Positions 1 through 8,775 of a stretch of DNA of 64,000 bases are shown one piece after another (the first letter of the stretch is position 1; every line of letters starts with the position of its first letter). The notes below the pieces were generated by a model. The model was not told where the DNA came from and did not search any database. It saw nothing but the letters and a program-made list of their open reading frames with translations. A program made the position numbers and the translations under genes. Origin of the DNA: Thermoplasmata archaeon (GTDB lineage Archaea > Thermoplasmatota > Thermoplasmata > UBA10834); assembly GCA_021789945.1 (NCBI GenBank), contig JAJYIS010000002.1:5379-69378 (forward strand), read 5' to 3'.

Positions 1-685
1 CGAACGTCAGCCATGCCTTCGGAGTCTCTATCATCGGGCGCTTCAGGATCAGGTCCTCGGACTTGGACAGCCTGACCGTGACCTCAGCCGAAGTCTCCAG
101 CCCCGTCCCGCAGACCTCGCCGTCGCCCATCGCGGCGTGCACATCGCCCATTGCGAGCATCCCACCGTCGACGAACGCCGGGAGGTACACCTTCGAGCCC
201 TCGCACGCATCGACAGTGTCCATGTTCCCTCCATGGTCGCCTGGGTGGAATGTCGGGAACCTCCCCTCCGCTGGGGAGACGCCGATCACGCCCACGTGCG
301 GGTTGAGGTCGATCGAGAGATCGTCCGAGAACCCCGCCTTCCCGTCCTCAATCCTCAATATCCTCGTCCTCGGCCTGCGGACGTCCTCGCTTAGCACCCC
401 CAGATTGGGAGAGCACATGATCACGCCCTTCCTGCCGCACCTGATCCGCTCGATGGCGACGCAGAGGGTCTGCCCAGCCGAGAGCCCCTCCACGGCGATC
501 GGACCGGTCGCGGGGTTCACGTCCCCCATGGATACGTCCTCGAACAGGTTCCCTGGCGTCTTGACCTTTCCAGAGAAACAGTCCCTGGTCTGGACCTTCA
601 CACGCTCCCCGTCCGCCACGCGGTACGCGGCCTTGCTGTCGGCCGAGAAGAAGTACGTCACCCTCTGCGAGCTCAGGACCCTCAT
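1..685 (-). CDS. acetamidase/formamidase (FmdA/AmdA) family protein, C-terminal part runs off window start
   Basis: Manual minus-strand translation from ATG at 685-683 gives MRVLSSQRVTYFFSADSKAAYRVADGERVKVQTRDCF...GDVHAAMGDGEV, which is typical of the formamidase family. Not in ORF track because there is no stop codon in the window. Confidence 0.55.
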   Translation of the reverse strand, partial: MRVLSSQRVTYFFSADSKAAYRVADGERVKVQTRDCFSGKVKTPGNLFEDVSMGDVNPATGPIAVEGLSAGQTLCVAIERIRCGRKGVIMCSPNLGVLSEDVRRPRTRILRIEDGKAGFSDDLSIDLNPHVGVIGVSPAEGRFPTFHPGDHGGNMDTVDACEGSKVYLPAFVDGGMLAMGDVHAAMGDGEVCGTGLETSAEVTVRLSKSEDLILKRPMIETPKAWLTF

Positions 686-769
686 CTCACTCTGCTCCTC
701 GAGGATGCCGATGGCCCAGCCAGGAAAAGTACTTTGTTTCCGCCTGCCCCGGCCGCTCTCAGGCCGGGC

Positions 770-2023
770 TCATCCGAACAGGGGCACCTTCTTCCTCGAA
801 GCGACGCGAGGGAGCAACATCGAGCCTGCGGCGGCGACCATCGAGGCGGCTGCCATGATCTCGAACACCGTCCCGAGGTTGGAGTAATCGGGCCTCAGGA
901 GGGCCCCGGCCACGAGGGGGCCGAACACCCCGCCCCCAGTCGTGCCTATCCCCCAGACCACCGCGTTCCCGAAGGTCGAGGATCCCCTTGGCACATAGTC
1001 GGAGACGATTGAAAGCAACAGGGGAAACGCGCTGAATGTAAAGAAGCCGAACAGGAACAGCATCAGCTGCTCCACGCCGCCCGATGTGACCACGTACCCA
1101 TAAATCGATGCAGCGACGCCGGCCGAGCTCAGTCCGAGCACCATGCGCTTGTCGAACCTGTCCGTGAGCATACCGAAGATGGGCTGACCGAAGATCGCTG
1201 CTGCGTACATGAATGTGAGCGAGAGGCCGAGCGTGGTCGATACTCCGGCCCCCTTCTGCGTCGAGATGAAAATGGGTATCCACGCGACGATCCCTTGTGT
1301 GGCGAACGCGCGGACGAAGGCGACTACCGTGAGTATTACCATGCCCTTCGTCGCAACGCTCGCCAGAGGGCGAGGCTGTTTCTCGGACCGCGCCCCCGCC
1401 TCGGTCGACGAGGACGCCCTGAACCCTGCCCACAGGGCGGCGGAGAACGCGAGTCCCACAAGGGCGAAGAACGCGAACGCCACGGAGTCAGTCAGGAGCA
1501 AGGAGATCGCGAAGTAAAGCGATGGATAGAGGGCGCGCCCGAGGCTGCCCACGGCGCCGTTGACGCCGAGAGCGGTCCCCTGAGCCTCCTTCCCGAAGGC
1601 GCTTTCGATGATTGCCGCGCCCAGCGGATGATAGAAGGCGCTTCCCGAGCCTGTGACCAAGGCGGCGACAATCATGCCAGCGACCAGCGCGGTGCCCTTG
1701 AGGTCCGAGACCGCGAGGTAAAAGCCGAGTAGGCCGAGGGAGAGAAGCGCCAGTCCGAGCCCCATGAGCACACCCCTGTTCCCCGTCCGGTCCGCGATGA
1801 TGCCGACATAGGTGCTGAGCAGCGCCGATGTCGAATAGAACCCCACCAGCATGATAGTCAGGTCCAGAGGGGTCACTCCAGGCTTCAGTGCGAGAACGGC
1901 CGCGATAAGGGGGACGAAGAAGACCGTGCCGTCGTTGATGAAATGGGCGGCCGAGGTGAGAGCTAGACACCTGAGCCGCCCGCAACCTGAGGAGTTCAGA
2001 AGAGCACCTGCCAGACGGACCAA
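770..2023 (-). CDS. MFS transporter
   Basis: 417 aa, about 12 hydrophobic helices, Gly-rich loops typical of the major facilitator superfamily. Confidence 0.7.
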   Translation of the reverse strand: MVRLAGALLNSSGCGRLRCLALTSAAHFINDGTVFFVPLIAAVLALKPGVTPLDLTIMLVGFYSTSALLSTYVGIIADRTGNRGVLMGLGLALLSLGLLGFYLAVSDLKGTALVAGMIVAALVTGSGSAFYHPLGAAIIESAFGKEAQGTALGVNGAVGSLGRALYPSLYFAISLLLTDSVAFAFFALVGLAFSAALWAGFRASSSTEAGARSEKQPRPLASVATKGMVILTVVAFVRAFATQGIVAWIPIFISTQKGAGVSTTLGLSLTFMYAAAIFGQPIFGMLTDRFDKRMVLGLSSAGVAASIYGYVVTSGGVEQLMLFLFGFFTFSAFPLLLSIVSDYVPRGSSTFGNAVVWGIGTTGGGVFGPLVAGALLRPDYSNLGTVFEIMAAASMVAAAGSMLLPRVASRKKVPLFG

Positions 2024-2112
2024 CCAATCAGGTGAGAGGATAATGAGCTTTTCACCGTATGCTCAGTCCCGGGGCCAGTGAACCGCGATCTCAGCATTCC
2101 TCTAGCCACACC

Positions 2113-2125
2113 AAAGGTTTATGTA
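2113..2125 (+). promoter_or_regulatory. BRE/TATA-like element (aaagg tttatgta) about 30 nt upstream of tRNA-Glu
   Basis: sequence motif; same purine-rich plus TATA pattern recurs upstream of the other tRNAs and the heme operon. Confidence 0.3.
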
Positions 2126-2154
2126 AGGCCATCCTTTTTGGACAATTCCTCGAT

Positions 2155-2256
2155 GCTCCCGTAGTGTAGTCCGGCCAATCATTCGAGCCTCTCGTGGCCG
2201 CTTTCGCGGCGGGCCGGTGAAAGCTCGATACTCGGGTTCAAATCCCGACGGGAGCA
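2155..2256 (+). tRNA. tRNA-Glu (anticodon CUC) with about 27-nt intron between positions 37 and 38
   Basis: Acceptor gctcccg pairs with cgggagc; D-arm gtgtagtccggccaatcat is typical of archaeal tRNA-Glu; anticodon stem cgagc/gctcg; loop cuCUCg then intron tggccgc...ggtgaa (about 2195-2221); T-arm tcgggttcaaatcccga; discriminator A. Confidence 0.8.
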
Positions 2257-2290
2257 CACTGTTTATTCAAGAACTCCGATTGAGGTTTGG

Positions 2291-2776
2291 ATGGTTGACG
2301 CAAGAATCGTGGACATCCTTCGCAGACTCTCCCTCAGGCTCGAGAAGAGCGGTGTCAATTGGGCAATCGCGGGCAGCCTCGGCCTCGCAATCAGAGGTGC
2401 GCCCGTGGAACCTCATGACATCGATATCACGACCAACAGGAAGGGAGCATACGAGATTCAGAGGATGTTCTTGGAGTTCGTCACGAGAGGAGTGGCTTTC
2501 CGAGTGGGCGACAGAATCAGGTCCCACTTCGGCGCTCTTGAGATTGATGGTGTAAAGATAGAAATCATCGGGGATTTCGAAACCAAGCTCGAAGATGGAA
2601 GCTGGCAGAAGCCCCCGGCCCTGGCTTCCGTCATAGAGGTGGTACAGTTTGAAGGCATGTCCATTCCCGTCCTGTCGCTCGAGCATGAATGTGACTCGTA
2701 TACGAAGCTCGGAAGATTGGAGAGAGCGGAACAAGCAAGGGCGCTACTGATTGCCTCTCGGCATAAAGATTCGTAG
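2291..2776 (+). CDS. nucleotidyltransferase-fold protein (Pol-beta superfamily minimal NTase)
   Basis: 161 aa with GSLGLAIRG...HDIDI motif (GS...D.D); by eye markedly lower GC than flanks. Confidence 0.55.
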   Translation: MVDARIVDILRRLSLRLEKSGVNWAIAGSLGLAIRGAPVEPHDIDITTNRKGAYEIQRMFLEFVTRGVAFRVGDRIRSHFGALEIDGVKIEIIGDFETKLEDGSWQKPPALASVIEVVQFEGMSIPVLSLEHECDSYTKLGRLERAEQARALLIASRHKDS

Positions 2777-2832
2777 ATGTCCAGGAACTATCGGGCTGAA
2801 GAGGGGGTCGCAGAAGTCTGTTCGCCGGCCGT

Positions 2833-2877
2833 CAAGGGGCCGTTGGCCAAGGTTCAAGTCCTGGCGGGAGCACCTCC
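2833..2877 (+). other. tRNA 3-prime-half-like fragment (T-arm plus acceptor 3-prime strand, no 5-prime partner)
   Basis: ccaaggttcaagtcctggcgggagca resembles a tRNA T-arm and acceptor end; 19 of 24 identical to the 3-prime end of the adjacent tRNA-Glu; no matching 5-prime acceptor strand upstream. Confidence 0.35.
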
Positions 2878-2908
2878 CTCAGCCGATTATGGATGTCCGA
2901 TCGCGGGT

Positions 2909-4090
2909 TCAACGGCCCGAGACTGAGATAGGCGGTTCATAGATGCATGCCGGGTCCTCGCCCGCCCAGTCGCCCGAGCTGAACTCGGCTTTCTTCCTGC
3001 AGCCCCGGCAGACATCCAGATAGTCGCACCTGCCGCACTTGCCCTTCAGCCTGGTGTGGACCTCCCTGAGCTCGGTCAGGGCCTGGCAGGAGTTCTTGGA
3101 CCAGATGTCGACAAAACTGTCCTTCCGGATATTCCCGACGACTATCTCGGGCACGAAGTGGCACGGGATGACGTCTCCCCGGTAGTCGATGTTCGCTATC
3201 TTCGAGCCTATGGTGCATCCGCTCCCGATGCTGAGCAGCTTCCGCGCGTTCTCGTATGCCCCGGGATTCTCCCGCTTCAGCCGCTCGAGGATGTACACTC
3301 CGTCCATGGGCGAATCGGTCGTGAGTATCTCGATCTCCTTGTCCCTGAGCTCGATCGCCTTCTCGTAGAGGAACGACAGGACCCACTCCCTCTGCTTCTT
3401 GGTCAAATCCCTCGCCGCGATCGATGTGCCCCTGCCCGTCGGCACGAGGTGATAGATGCAGAACCTGCTGACGTTCTCCTTGAGCGCGAGCTCCAGCAGG
3501 GCCGGGACCTCCCTGTAGTTGTCCTTCGTGAGGGTTATGCGGAACCCGGTCCGGATCCCCGCGTCCCTCGCGTTCCTGACCCCAGCGAGCGCCTTCTTCC
3601 ATGAACCCTTGACGCCCCGAAACTTGTCATGAAGCTCAGGGGAGGCGGCATCGAGGCTTACACCGACATATCTGACGCCCTGCTCGGCCAGGCTCTGCGC
3701 GACCTTTGGGGTGATGAGCGTGCCGTTGGTGCTGATCACGGCCTTCAGGCCCGAATCCTTCGCGAGGCCGAGTATCTCGAAGAAGTCCTTCCTGATCAGC
3801 GGCTCTCCGCCGCTGAAGATGATCAGAGGAACATGGGCGGCGGCCACGTCCTTGAAGGCTTTGCGGAAGTCGTCCAAAGACATCTCGTCCTTGCCCTCAG
3901 AGCTGGCGTCAATGTAGCAGTGCTCGCACTTCAGGTTGCACCTTCTCGTGACGTTCCAGACGACGACTGGCCTCAGCTCCCCGGAGAACCTGATCATGTC
4001 GTCGGACATGTTCTTCCCGTGCATCTCCTTCGCGCGGAGAGCGTCGTACACAGTTCCTTTGTTTCCCAGCACCTTCGAGAATATTATCAT
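2909..4090 (-). CDS. ahbC: radical SAM/SPASM protein of the AhbC/AhbD (NirJ-like) family, tentatively Fe-coproporphyrin III synthase AhbC
   Basis: 393 aa; CNLKCEHC radical SAM motif near N-terminus; C-terminal Cys-rich SPASM-like region; last gene of heme operon, stop/start overlap with hemD. Confidence 0.6.
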   Translation of the reverse strand: MIIFSKVLGNKGTVYDALRAKEMHGKNMSDDMIRFSGELRPVVVWNVTRRCNLKCEHCYIDASSEGKDEMSLDDFRKAFKDVAAAHVPLIIFSGGEPLIRKDFFEILGLAKDSGLKAVISTNGTLITPKVAQSLAEQGVRYVGVSLDAASPELHDKFRGVKGSWKKALAGVRNARDAGIRTGFRITLTKDNYREVPALLELALKENVSRFCIYHLVPTGRGTSIAARDLTKKQREWVLSFLYEKAIELRDKEIEILTTDSPMDGVYILERLKRENPGAYENARKLLSIGSGCTIGSKIANIDYRGDVIPCHFVPEIVVGNIRKDSFVDIWSKNSCQALTELREVHTRLKGKCGRCDYLDVCRGCRKKAEFSSGDWAGEDPACIYEPPISVSGR

Positions 4091-4872
4091 ACTCTCTTCA
4101 CCACCTCATCCAACAGCGCCTCGATCGTCTGCTCCTCGGGGACAATCTCCGCGCGCACGCCATAGCCCTCCAGGGTCCTCACCGTGGGCGCACCTATGGC
4201 CGCGACCTTCGCGCGGCCCATGCGCATGAGGACCTGATCCGCAAGCCCGAGGGATTGCGCGATCTCCATGAAGTTCCTGACCATCATCGAGCTCGTGAAG
4301 CAGAAGACATCGATGTCCCCCTGCGCCGCCCTCCTGACGAGCCCTTCTGCGGCCGCCGCGTCTGCCGGCGGCCCGGTAGCATAGACCGGGATGTCGTCGA
4401 CCATCGCCCCGAGGGCGGTCAATCCCGAAACGAGCTTCTCAGACCCGTGCGCGCTCCTCAGGATCACCATCCTAGCCCCTTTGACGCCCAACTCGGTGAA
4501 CATCTCGACGAGCCCTTCCGAGCTGGCTGTCTTGGGAACGAGGTCGACCCGTATGTCCTGCGCCTCGAGCGCGCGCTTCGTCTTCGCCCCGATAGCCACG
4601 ATCCTCGCGCGGTCCATGATCCTTCGGAGATTGCCCGACAGGCCGGATTCGGACGCGAGCTCGAGCGCGTGCGACACTCCGTTCGAACTCGTGAAGACAA
4701 CGAAATCGGCCTGAGCTGCCGAAGAATCGCTGAGAAAGCGGGTGAGGCGGCCGTCGGCCATCGGCTCGAGGGACATCATGGACGCGGCAAGCACGGACAG
4801 GCCCCTCGCCTCGCCGAGGCGCACTGACTCCGCCAGGGTTGATGGGGGCCTCATGAGCGCTATCGTTGTCAT
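4087..4872 (-). CDS. hemD: uroporphyrinogen-III synthase
   Basis: 261 aa HemD-like; operon context between cobA and radical SAM. Confidence 0.7.
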   Translation of the reverse strand: MTTIALMRPPSTLAESVRLGEARGLSVLAASMMSLEPMADGRLTRFLSDSSAAQADFVVFTSSNGVSHALELASESGLSGNLRRIMDRARIVAIGAKTKRALEAQDIRVDLVPKTASSEGLVEMFTELGVKGARMVILRSAHGSEKLVSGLTALGAMVDDIPVYATGPPADAAAAEGLVRRAAQGDIDVFCFTSSMMVRNFMEIAQSLGLADQVLMRMGRAKVAAIGAPTVRTLEGYGVRAEIVPEEQTIEALLDEVVKRV

Positions 4873-5648
4873 TGCCTCCCTCCCAGACGGCCCCTCATCC
4901 TCACGACCTCGCCTATCACTATGATCGCTGGGGCCTTCGCTCCGGCTCTACGGGCCTTCGCGGCTATGTTTCCCAGATCACCGACGGTCACCACTTGATC
5001 CGTGCGCGTCCCTCTCTCGATGATAGCGACTGGCGTGGTAGACGGCTTGCCCTCGCTGACGAGCTTGCGGGCGATGTCCGAGAGGTTCTTCATCCCCATC
5101 AGAACTACGATCGTGGAATCGAGCCGAGCGATCTTCGCCCAGTCGACAGCGCCTCCCTTCTTCGTCGGCGAATCATGGCCAGTAACGACCGTGACCGCTG
5201 ACGAGAAGTCCCTATGGGTCACCGGTATGCCCGCAACGGCGGGGACCGCCAGGGCCGATGTGACTCCCGGCACCGTCTCGACCGAAACGCCCTTCTCCAC
5301 AAGGAACTCGGCTTCCTCGCCCCCGCGACCGAAGAGATAAGGATCCCCTCCTTTCAGCCTGACGACCGTATTTCCCGCGAGCGCGCGCTCGGCTAGGACC
5401 TCGTTGATCTCGTCCTGCTGCAGCTTGTGATGGGAGGCGTACTTCCCAGCATCTATCATCTCAGCGCCGTGCGGGGCCACGGCGAGGAGCTCCCGCCCTA
5501 CGAGCTGGTCGAAGACGATGACATCGGCCTCCTTGAGGACCTCGACTGCGCGGAGGGTCGCAAGACCAGGGTCTCCCGGACCGGCGCCCACGAGGTACAC
5601 CTTACCCTTTGAGCGTCGCCCTTGCCGCTTCCTTGACAAGGTCTCCAC
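4869..5648 (-). CDS. cobA: uroporphyrinogen-III C-methyltransferase (SUMT)
   Basis: KVYLVGAGPGDPGLATLRA...motifs of precorrin methylase family; start may be a little downstream of 5648 (overlaps hemC 3-prime end). Confidence 0.8.
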   Translation of the reverse strand: METLSRKRQGRRSKGKVYLVGAGPGDPGLATLRAVEVLKEADVIVFDQLVGRELLAVAPHGAEMIDAGKYASHHKLQQDEINEVLAERALAGNTVVRLKGGDPYLFGRGGEEAEFLVEKGVSVETVPGVTSALAVPAVAGIPVTHRDFSSAVTVVTGHDSPTKKGGAVDWAKIARLDSTIVVLMGMKNLSDIARKLVSEGKPSTTPVAIIERGTRTDQVVTVGDLGNIAAKARRAGAKAPAIIVIGEVVRMRGRLGGRQ

Positions 5649-6516
5649 CTCCCATTCTGCGCAGCGCGGCCGCGAACTCCTTCGCGCCCTGAGCCCATCT
5701 GGTCTGCGGGATCGACGCTTCGTGAACGACGCTCCTGTCTCCGTGAATTGAAAGCACCATCGCGCTGATGTCTATCCTGCCGGAGGCGCACCTCGCGTAG
5801 ACCCCCACGGGAGCCGTGCACCCGCCTCCGAGAAGGCGCATGATGGACCGTTCAGTGTCTGTGGCTAGTCTCGTGCTCCTATGGTCCAGGCATCGGACGA
5901 TCGACGCAGCGTCGGAGCCTTTCCTCGCGACCACCGCGATCGCGCCCTGGGCAGGGGCGGGCACGAAATCCTTCAGCGAGAGCGGGAACCCTCTGGCAAC
6001 CACGCCCAGCCTGTCGAGGCCGGCCTTCGCCACGACCGCCGCGTCCAGCTCCCCCGCCGAGACCTTGGACAACCGGGTGGGCACATTGCCCCTGAGCGGG
6101 ACGGTCTTCAGGTCCTGCCTCTTTCTCAGCACCTGCATGCTCCGCCTGAGGCTCGAGGTACCGACGAGGGCCCCTGCAGGGAGCCGTCCGAACGGGACCT
6201 CGGACACGAGGAAGTCCCTAGGGTCGCCTCGCTTCAGGACCGCGGCGACCTCGATCCCGCGCCTCGGCTCGGTCGGCACGTCCTTGAGGCTGTGAACGGC
6301 GAAGTCGATCTCGCCCGCGAGCAGGAGGTCGTCTATCTCCCTCACGAAGGCCCCGAAGCCCCCGAGCTCGACGATCGACCTCTTCCGGAAGACGTCCCCC
6401 GACGTCTTCACGATTCGCCTCGTGATTGAAACCTCCGGCTGGAGACGCTTCAGCTCATCGATGACTAGCTGGGCCTGTGCCTGAGCCAGTTGGCTGCCTC
6501 TGGTCCCGCAAATCAT
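5602..6516 (-). CDS. hemC: porphobilinogen deaminase (hydroxymethylbilane synthase)
   Basis: 304 aa HemC-like sequence. Confidence 0.85.
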   Translation of the reverse strand: MICGTRGSQLAQAQAQLVIDELKRLQPEVSITRRIVKTSGDVFRKRSIVELGGFGAFVREIDDLLLAGEIDFAVHSLKDVPTEPRRGIEVAAVLKRGDPRDFLVSEVPFGRLPAGALVGTSSLRRSMQVLRKRQDLKTVPLRGNVPTRLSKVSAGELDAAVVAKAGLDRLGVVARGFPLSLKDFVPAPAQGAIAVVARKGSDAASIVRCLDHRSTRLATDTERSIMRLLGGGCTAPVGVYARCASGRIDISAMVLSIHGDRSVVHEASIPQTRWAQGAKEFAAALRRMGGGDLVKEAARATLKG

Positions 6517-7805
6517 CCGCGCACTCCTCTTAGAGCTCTCTCGTAGGCGGCCAGCGTGAACTCCACGTCCGAGTCCCTGTGCGCCATGGAGAGGAAGTTC
6601 GTCTCGAACTGGCTAGGAGGTGTGTAGACGCCCTCGTCGAGCAAAGCCCGGAACATCTTCATGAACCCGGGCGCGTCCGCCTTGCGGGCATCGTTCCAGT
6701 TGACGATCGGGCGGTCGGTGAAGAACATCTGGAACATCGAGCCTATCCCCGACACTTGGTACGGAAGGGAGGCCCTCGAGAGCACGTCCCTGAGGCCCTT
6801 CCTGAGCCTCTCGGACCTGCGGTTGAGAGACGTGTAACCCTTCTGCTCGAGTATCTTGATGGTTTCGATCCCTGCCGTCACGCTGACGGGGTTGCCGCTG
6901 AAGGTCCCGGCCTGGTACACGCCCCCGAGCGGCGAGATGTTCGACATGATGTCCTTCCTCCCAGCGAACACTCCGATCGGATAGCCTCCTCCGACGATCT
7001 TCCCGAGCGTGAACAGGTCCGGCTTCACGTGAAACATCTCCTGGGCGCCTCCCAGACCCAGCCTGAAGCCCGTTATCACCTCGTCCAGGATCAGAAGGGT
7101 TCCAGAGTCCCGGGTGATCTCCCGCACCTCGTTCAGGTAGCCCTCCTTGGGCAGGACCGGGCCGACATTACCGAGCACAGGCTCCAGGATCATGGCCGCG
7201 ACATCCCCTTCGGCGCCCTTGATGGCGTCTCGGAGTGCCTGGGGGTCGTTGTAGGGGACCAGCACGGTGTGCTTCGCGAGGTCCTCCAGCACCCCGAGCG
7301 AGTTCGGCATGCTGTACGTGAGGGCTCCCGAGCCCGCCTTGACGAGCATCGCGTCATGGGCCCCGTGGTACCCTCCCTCGACCTTTACGATCTTCCTCTT
7401 GCCCGTGAAGCCTCGCGCGAGCCTGATCGCGTGCATCGTGGCTTCGGTGCCAGTGTTGACGAACCTCATCATCTCGCCCGCGGGATAGTGGGACCTAACC
7501 TTCTCGGCCAGCAGTACCTCCTGCTCGGAGGGCGCGCCGAAGACGCTCCCGTTGGAGAGGGCGGCCTTCACCGCCCTCGAAATGGCCGGAGGGGCGTGCC
7601 CGAGTATGAGCGGCCCGTAGGCCATGCAGTAATCCACGTACTCCTTCCCGTCCACGTCCCAGATCCTCGAGCCCTTCGCCGACCTCATGAACCGCGGATA
7701 AGGCTCGAAAGCTCTCACGGGGCTCGATACCCCGGCTGGCATGAGCTCTCTAGCTCTCTTGTAAAGGTCCTCCGATGCAGTCATCCAATCACCTCTTGCC
7801 TCCAA
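6513..7805 (-). CDS. hemL: glutamate-1-semialdehyde 2,1-aminomutase
   Basis: 430 aa class III aminotransferase with HemL-like sequence. Confidence 0.9.
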   Translation of the reverse strand: MEARGDWMTASEDLYKRARELMPAGVSSPVRAFEPYPRFMRSAKGSRIWDVDGKEYVDYCMAYGPLILGHAPPAISRAVKAALSNGSVFGAPSEQEVLLAEKVRSHYPAGEMMRFVNTGTEATMHAIRLARGFTGKRKIVKVEGGYHGAHDAMLVKAGSGALTYSMPNSLGVLEDLAKHTVLVPYNDPQALRDAIKGAEGDVAAMILEPVLGNVGPVLPKEGYLNEVREITRDSGTLLILDEVITGFRLGLGGAQEMFHVKPDLFTLGKIVGGGYPIGVFAGRKDIMSNISPLGGVYQAGTFSGNPVSVTAGIETIKILEQKGYTSLNRRSERLRKGLRDVLSRASLPYQVSGIGSMFQMFFTDRPIVNWNDARKADAPGFMKMFRALLDEGVYTPPSQFETNFLSMAHRDSDVEFTLAAYERALRGVRG

Positions 7806-8775
7806 TCTTGGCCCTCGCGAAGTCGAGGGCCGAGTATGTGACTATGATATCCGCTCCGGCGCGCTTTATCGCCAGGAGCGACTCGTCCAGCGCGGAGCCG
7901 TAGTCCAGCCATCCGTTGGCGGAGGCGGCCTTCAGCATCGAGTACTCCCCGCTGACGCTGTAAGCTGCCAGAGGCACTCGGTATGCCGTCCTCGCCTCCC
8001 TGATGACATCCAGGTACGGCAGCGCGGGCTTGACCATGACGATGTCCGCTCCCTCCTCGATGTCGAGCTCAATCTCCCGAAGGGCCTCGCGCAGGTTGCC
8101 GCTGTCCATCTGGTGCGACCTCCTGTCCCCGAACGCGGGCGCGGAGCACGCGGCGTCCCTGAACGGCCCGTAGAAGGATGACGCGAACTTCGCGCTGTAG
8201 GACATTATCGGCGTGTGGTCGAACCCCGCGGAGTCCAGCCCGCCCCGTATGACGGCGACCATCCCGTCCATCATGCCGCTGGGGGCGATCATGTCGGCTC
8301 CCGCCTCAGCCTGTGACGCGGCCGTCTTCGCGTACAGCCCGATGGTCTTGTCGTTGTCCACGCGGCCCTTGTCCACGATTCCGCAGTGCCCGTGGCTCGT
8401 GTACTCGCACAGGCAAAGGTCCGCCACGAGTATCAGGTCAGTCCTCTCTTCGAGCCGCCTGAGCGCCTTCTGGACTATCCCCTCGCTGGCGTACGCCTGC
8501 TTTCCGAGAGGGTCCTTCTTCTTAGGCACGCCGAACAGCATGACCGCGGGGACACCCAAGGACTCCGCAGTCTCGGCCTCGGAGACGAGGCTCTTGAGGG
8601 TGTGGCGGCTGATCCCCGGCATGGAGGGTATCGGCTCGGGCGACGACACAGTCTCGTCCACGAACATCGGGTACACGAGGTCCTTGACGGAGACCTCTGA
8701 CTCCCGGACTAGGTCCCTGAGCACCTTGACGCTCCTGATCCGTCTCATCCTGGTCTTCGGGAACATCTCAATCAC
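7789..8775 (-). CDS. hemB: porphobilinogen synthase (ALA dehydratase)
   Basis: 328 aa HemB-like sequence. Confidence 0.9.
   Translation of the reverse strand: MIEMFPKTRMRRIRSVKVLRDLVRESEVSVKDLVYPMFVDETVSSPEPIPSMPGISRHTLKSLVSEAETAESLGVPAVMLFGVPKKKDPLGKQAYASEGIVQKALRRLEERTDLILVADLCLCEYTSHGHCGIVDKGRVDNDKTIGLYAKTAASQAEAGADMIAPSGMMDGMVAVIRGGLDSAGFDHTPIMSYSAKFASSFYGPFRDAACSAPAFGDRRSHQMDSGNLREALREIELDIEEGADIVMVKPALPYLDVIREARTAYRVPLAAYSVSGEYSMLKAASANGWLDYGSALDESLLAIKRAGADIIVTYSALDFARAKIGGKR

Noticed and set aside
63-887. 274-aa plus-strand ORF at window start
   Set aside because: Low-complexity S/P/T-rich translation; lies antisense to a well-supported formamidase-like gene on the minus strand.
2267-2734. 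155-aa minus-strand ORF overlapping the NTase gene
   Set aside because: Plus-strand frame carries the GS...D.D nucleotidyltransferase motif; the minus frame has no recognizable features.
2833-2877. Possible complete second tRNA (a cggcc/ggccg stem with loop gTCAAgg upstream looked like a Leu-CAA anticodon arm)
   Set aside because: No 5-prime acceptor strand complementary to the cgggagc 3-prime end anywhere upstream, and the T-stem has a mismatch; treated as a fragment instead.
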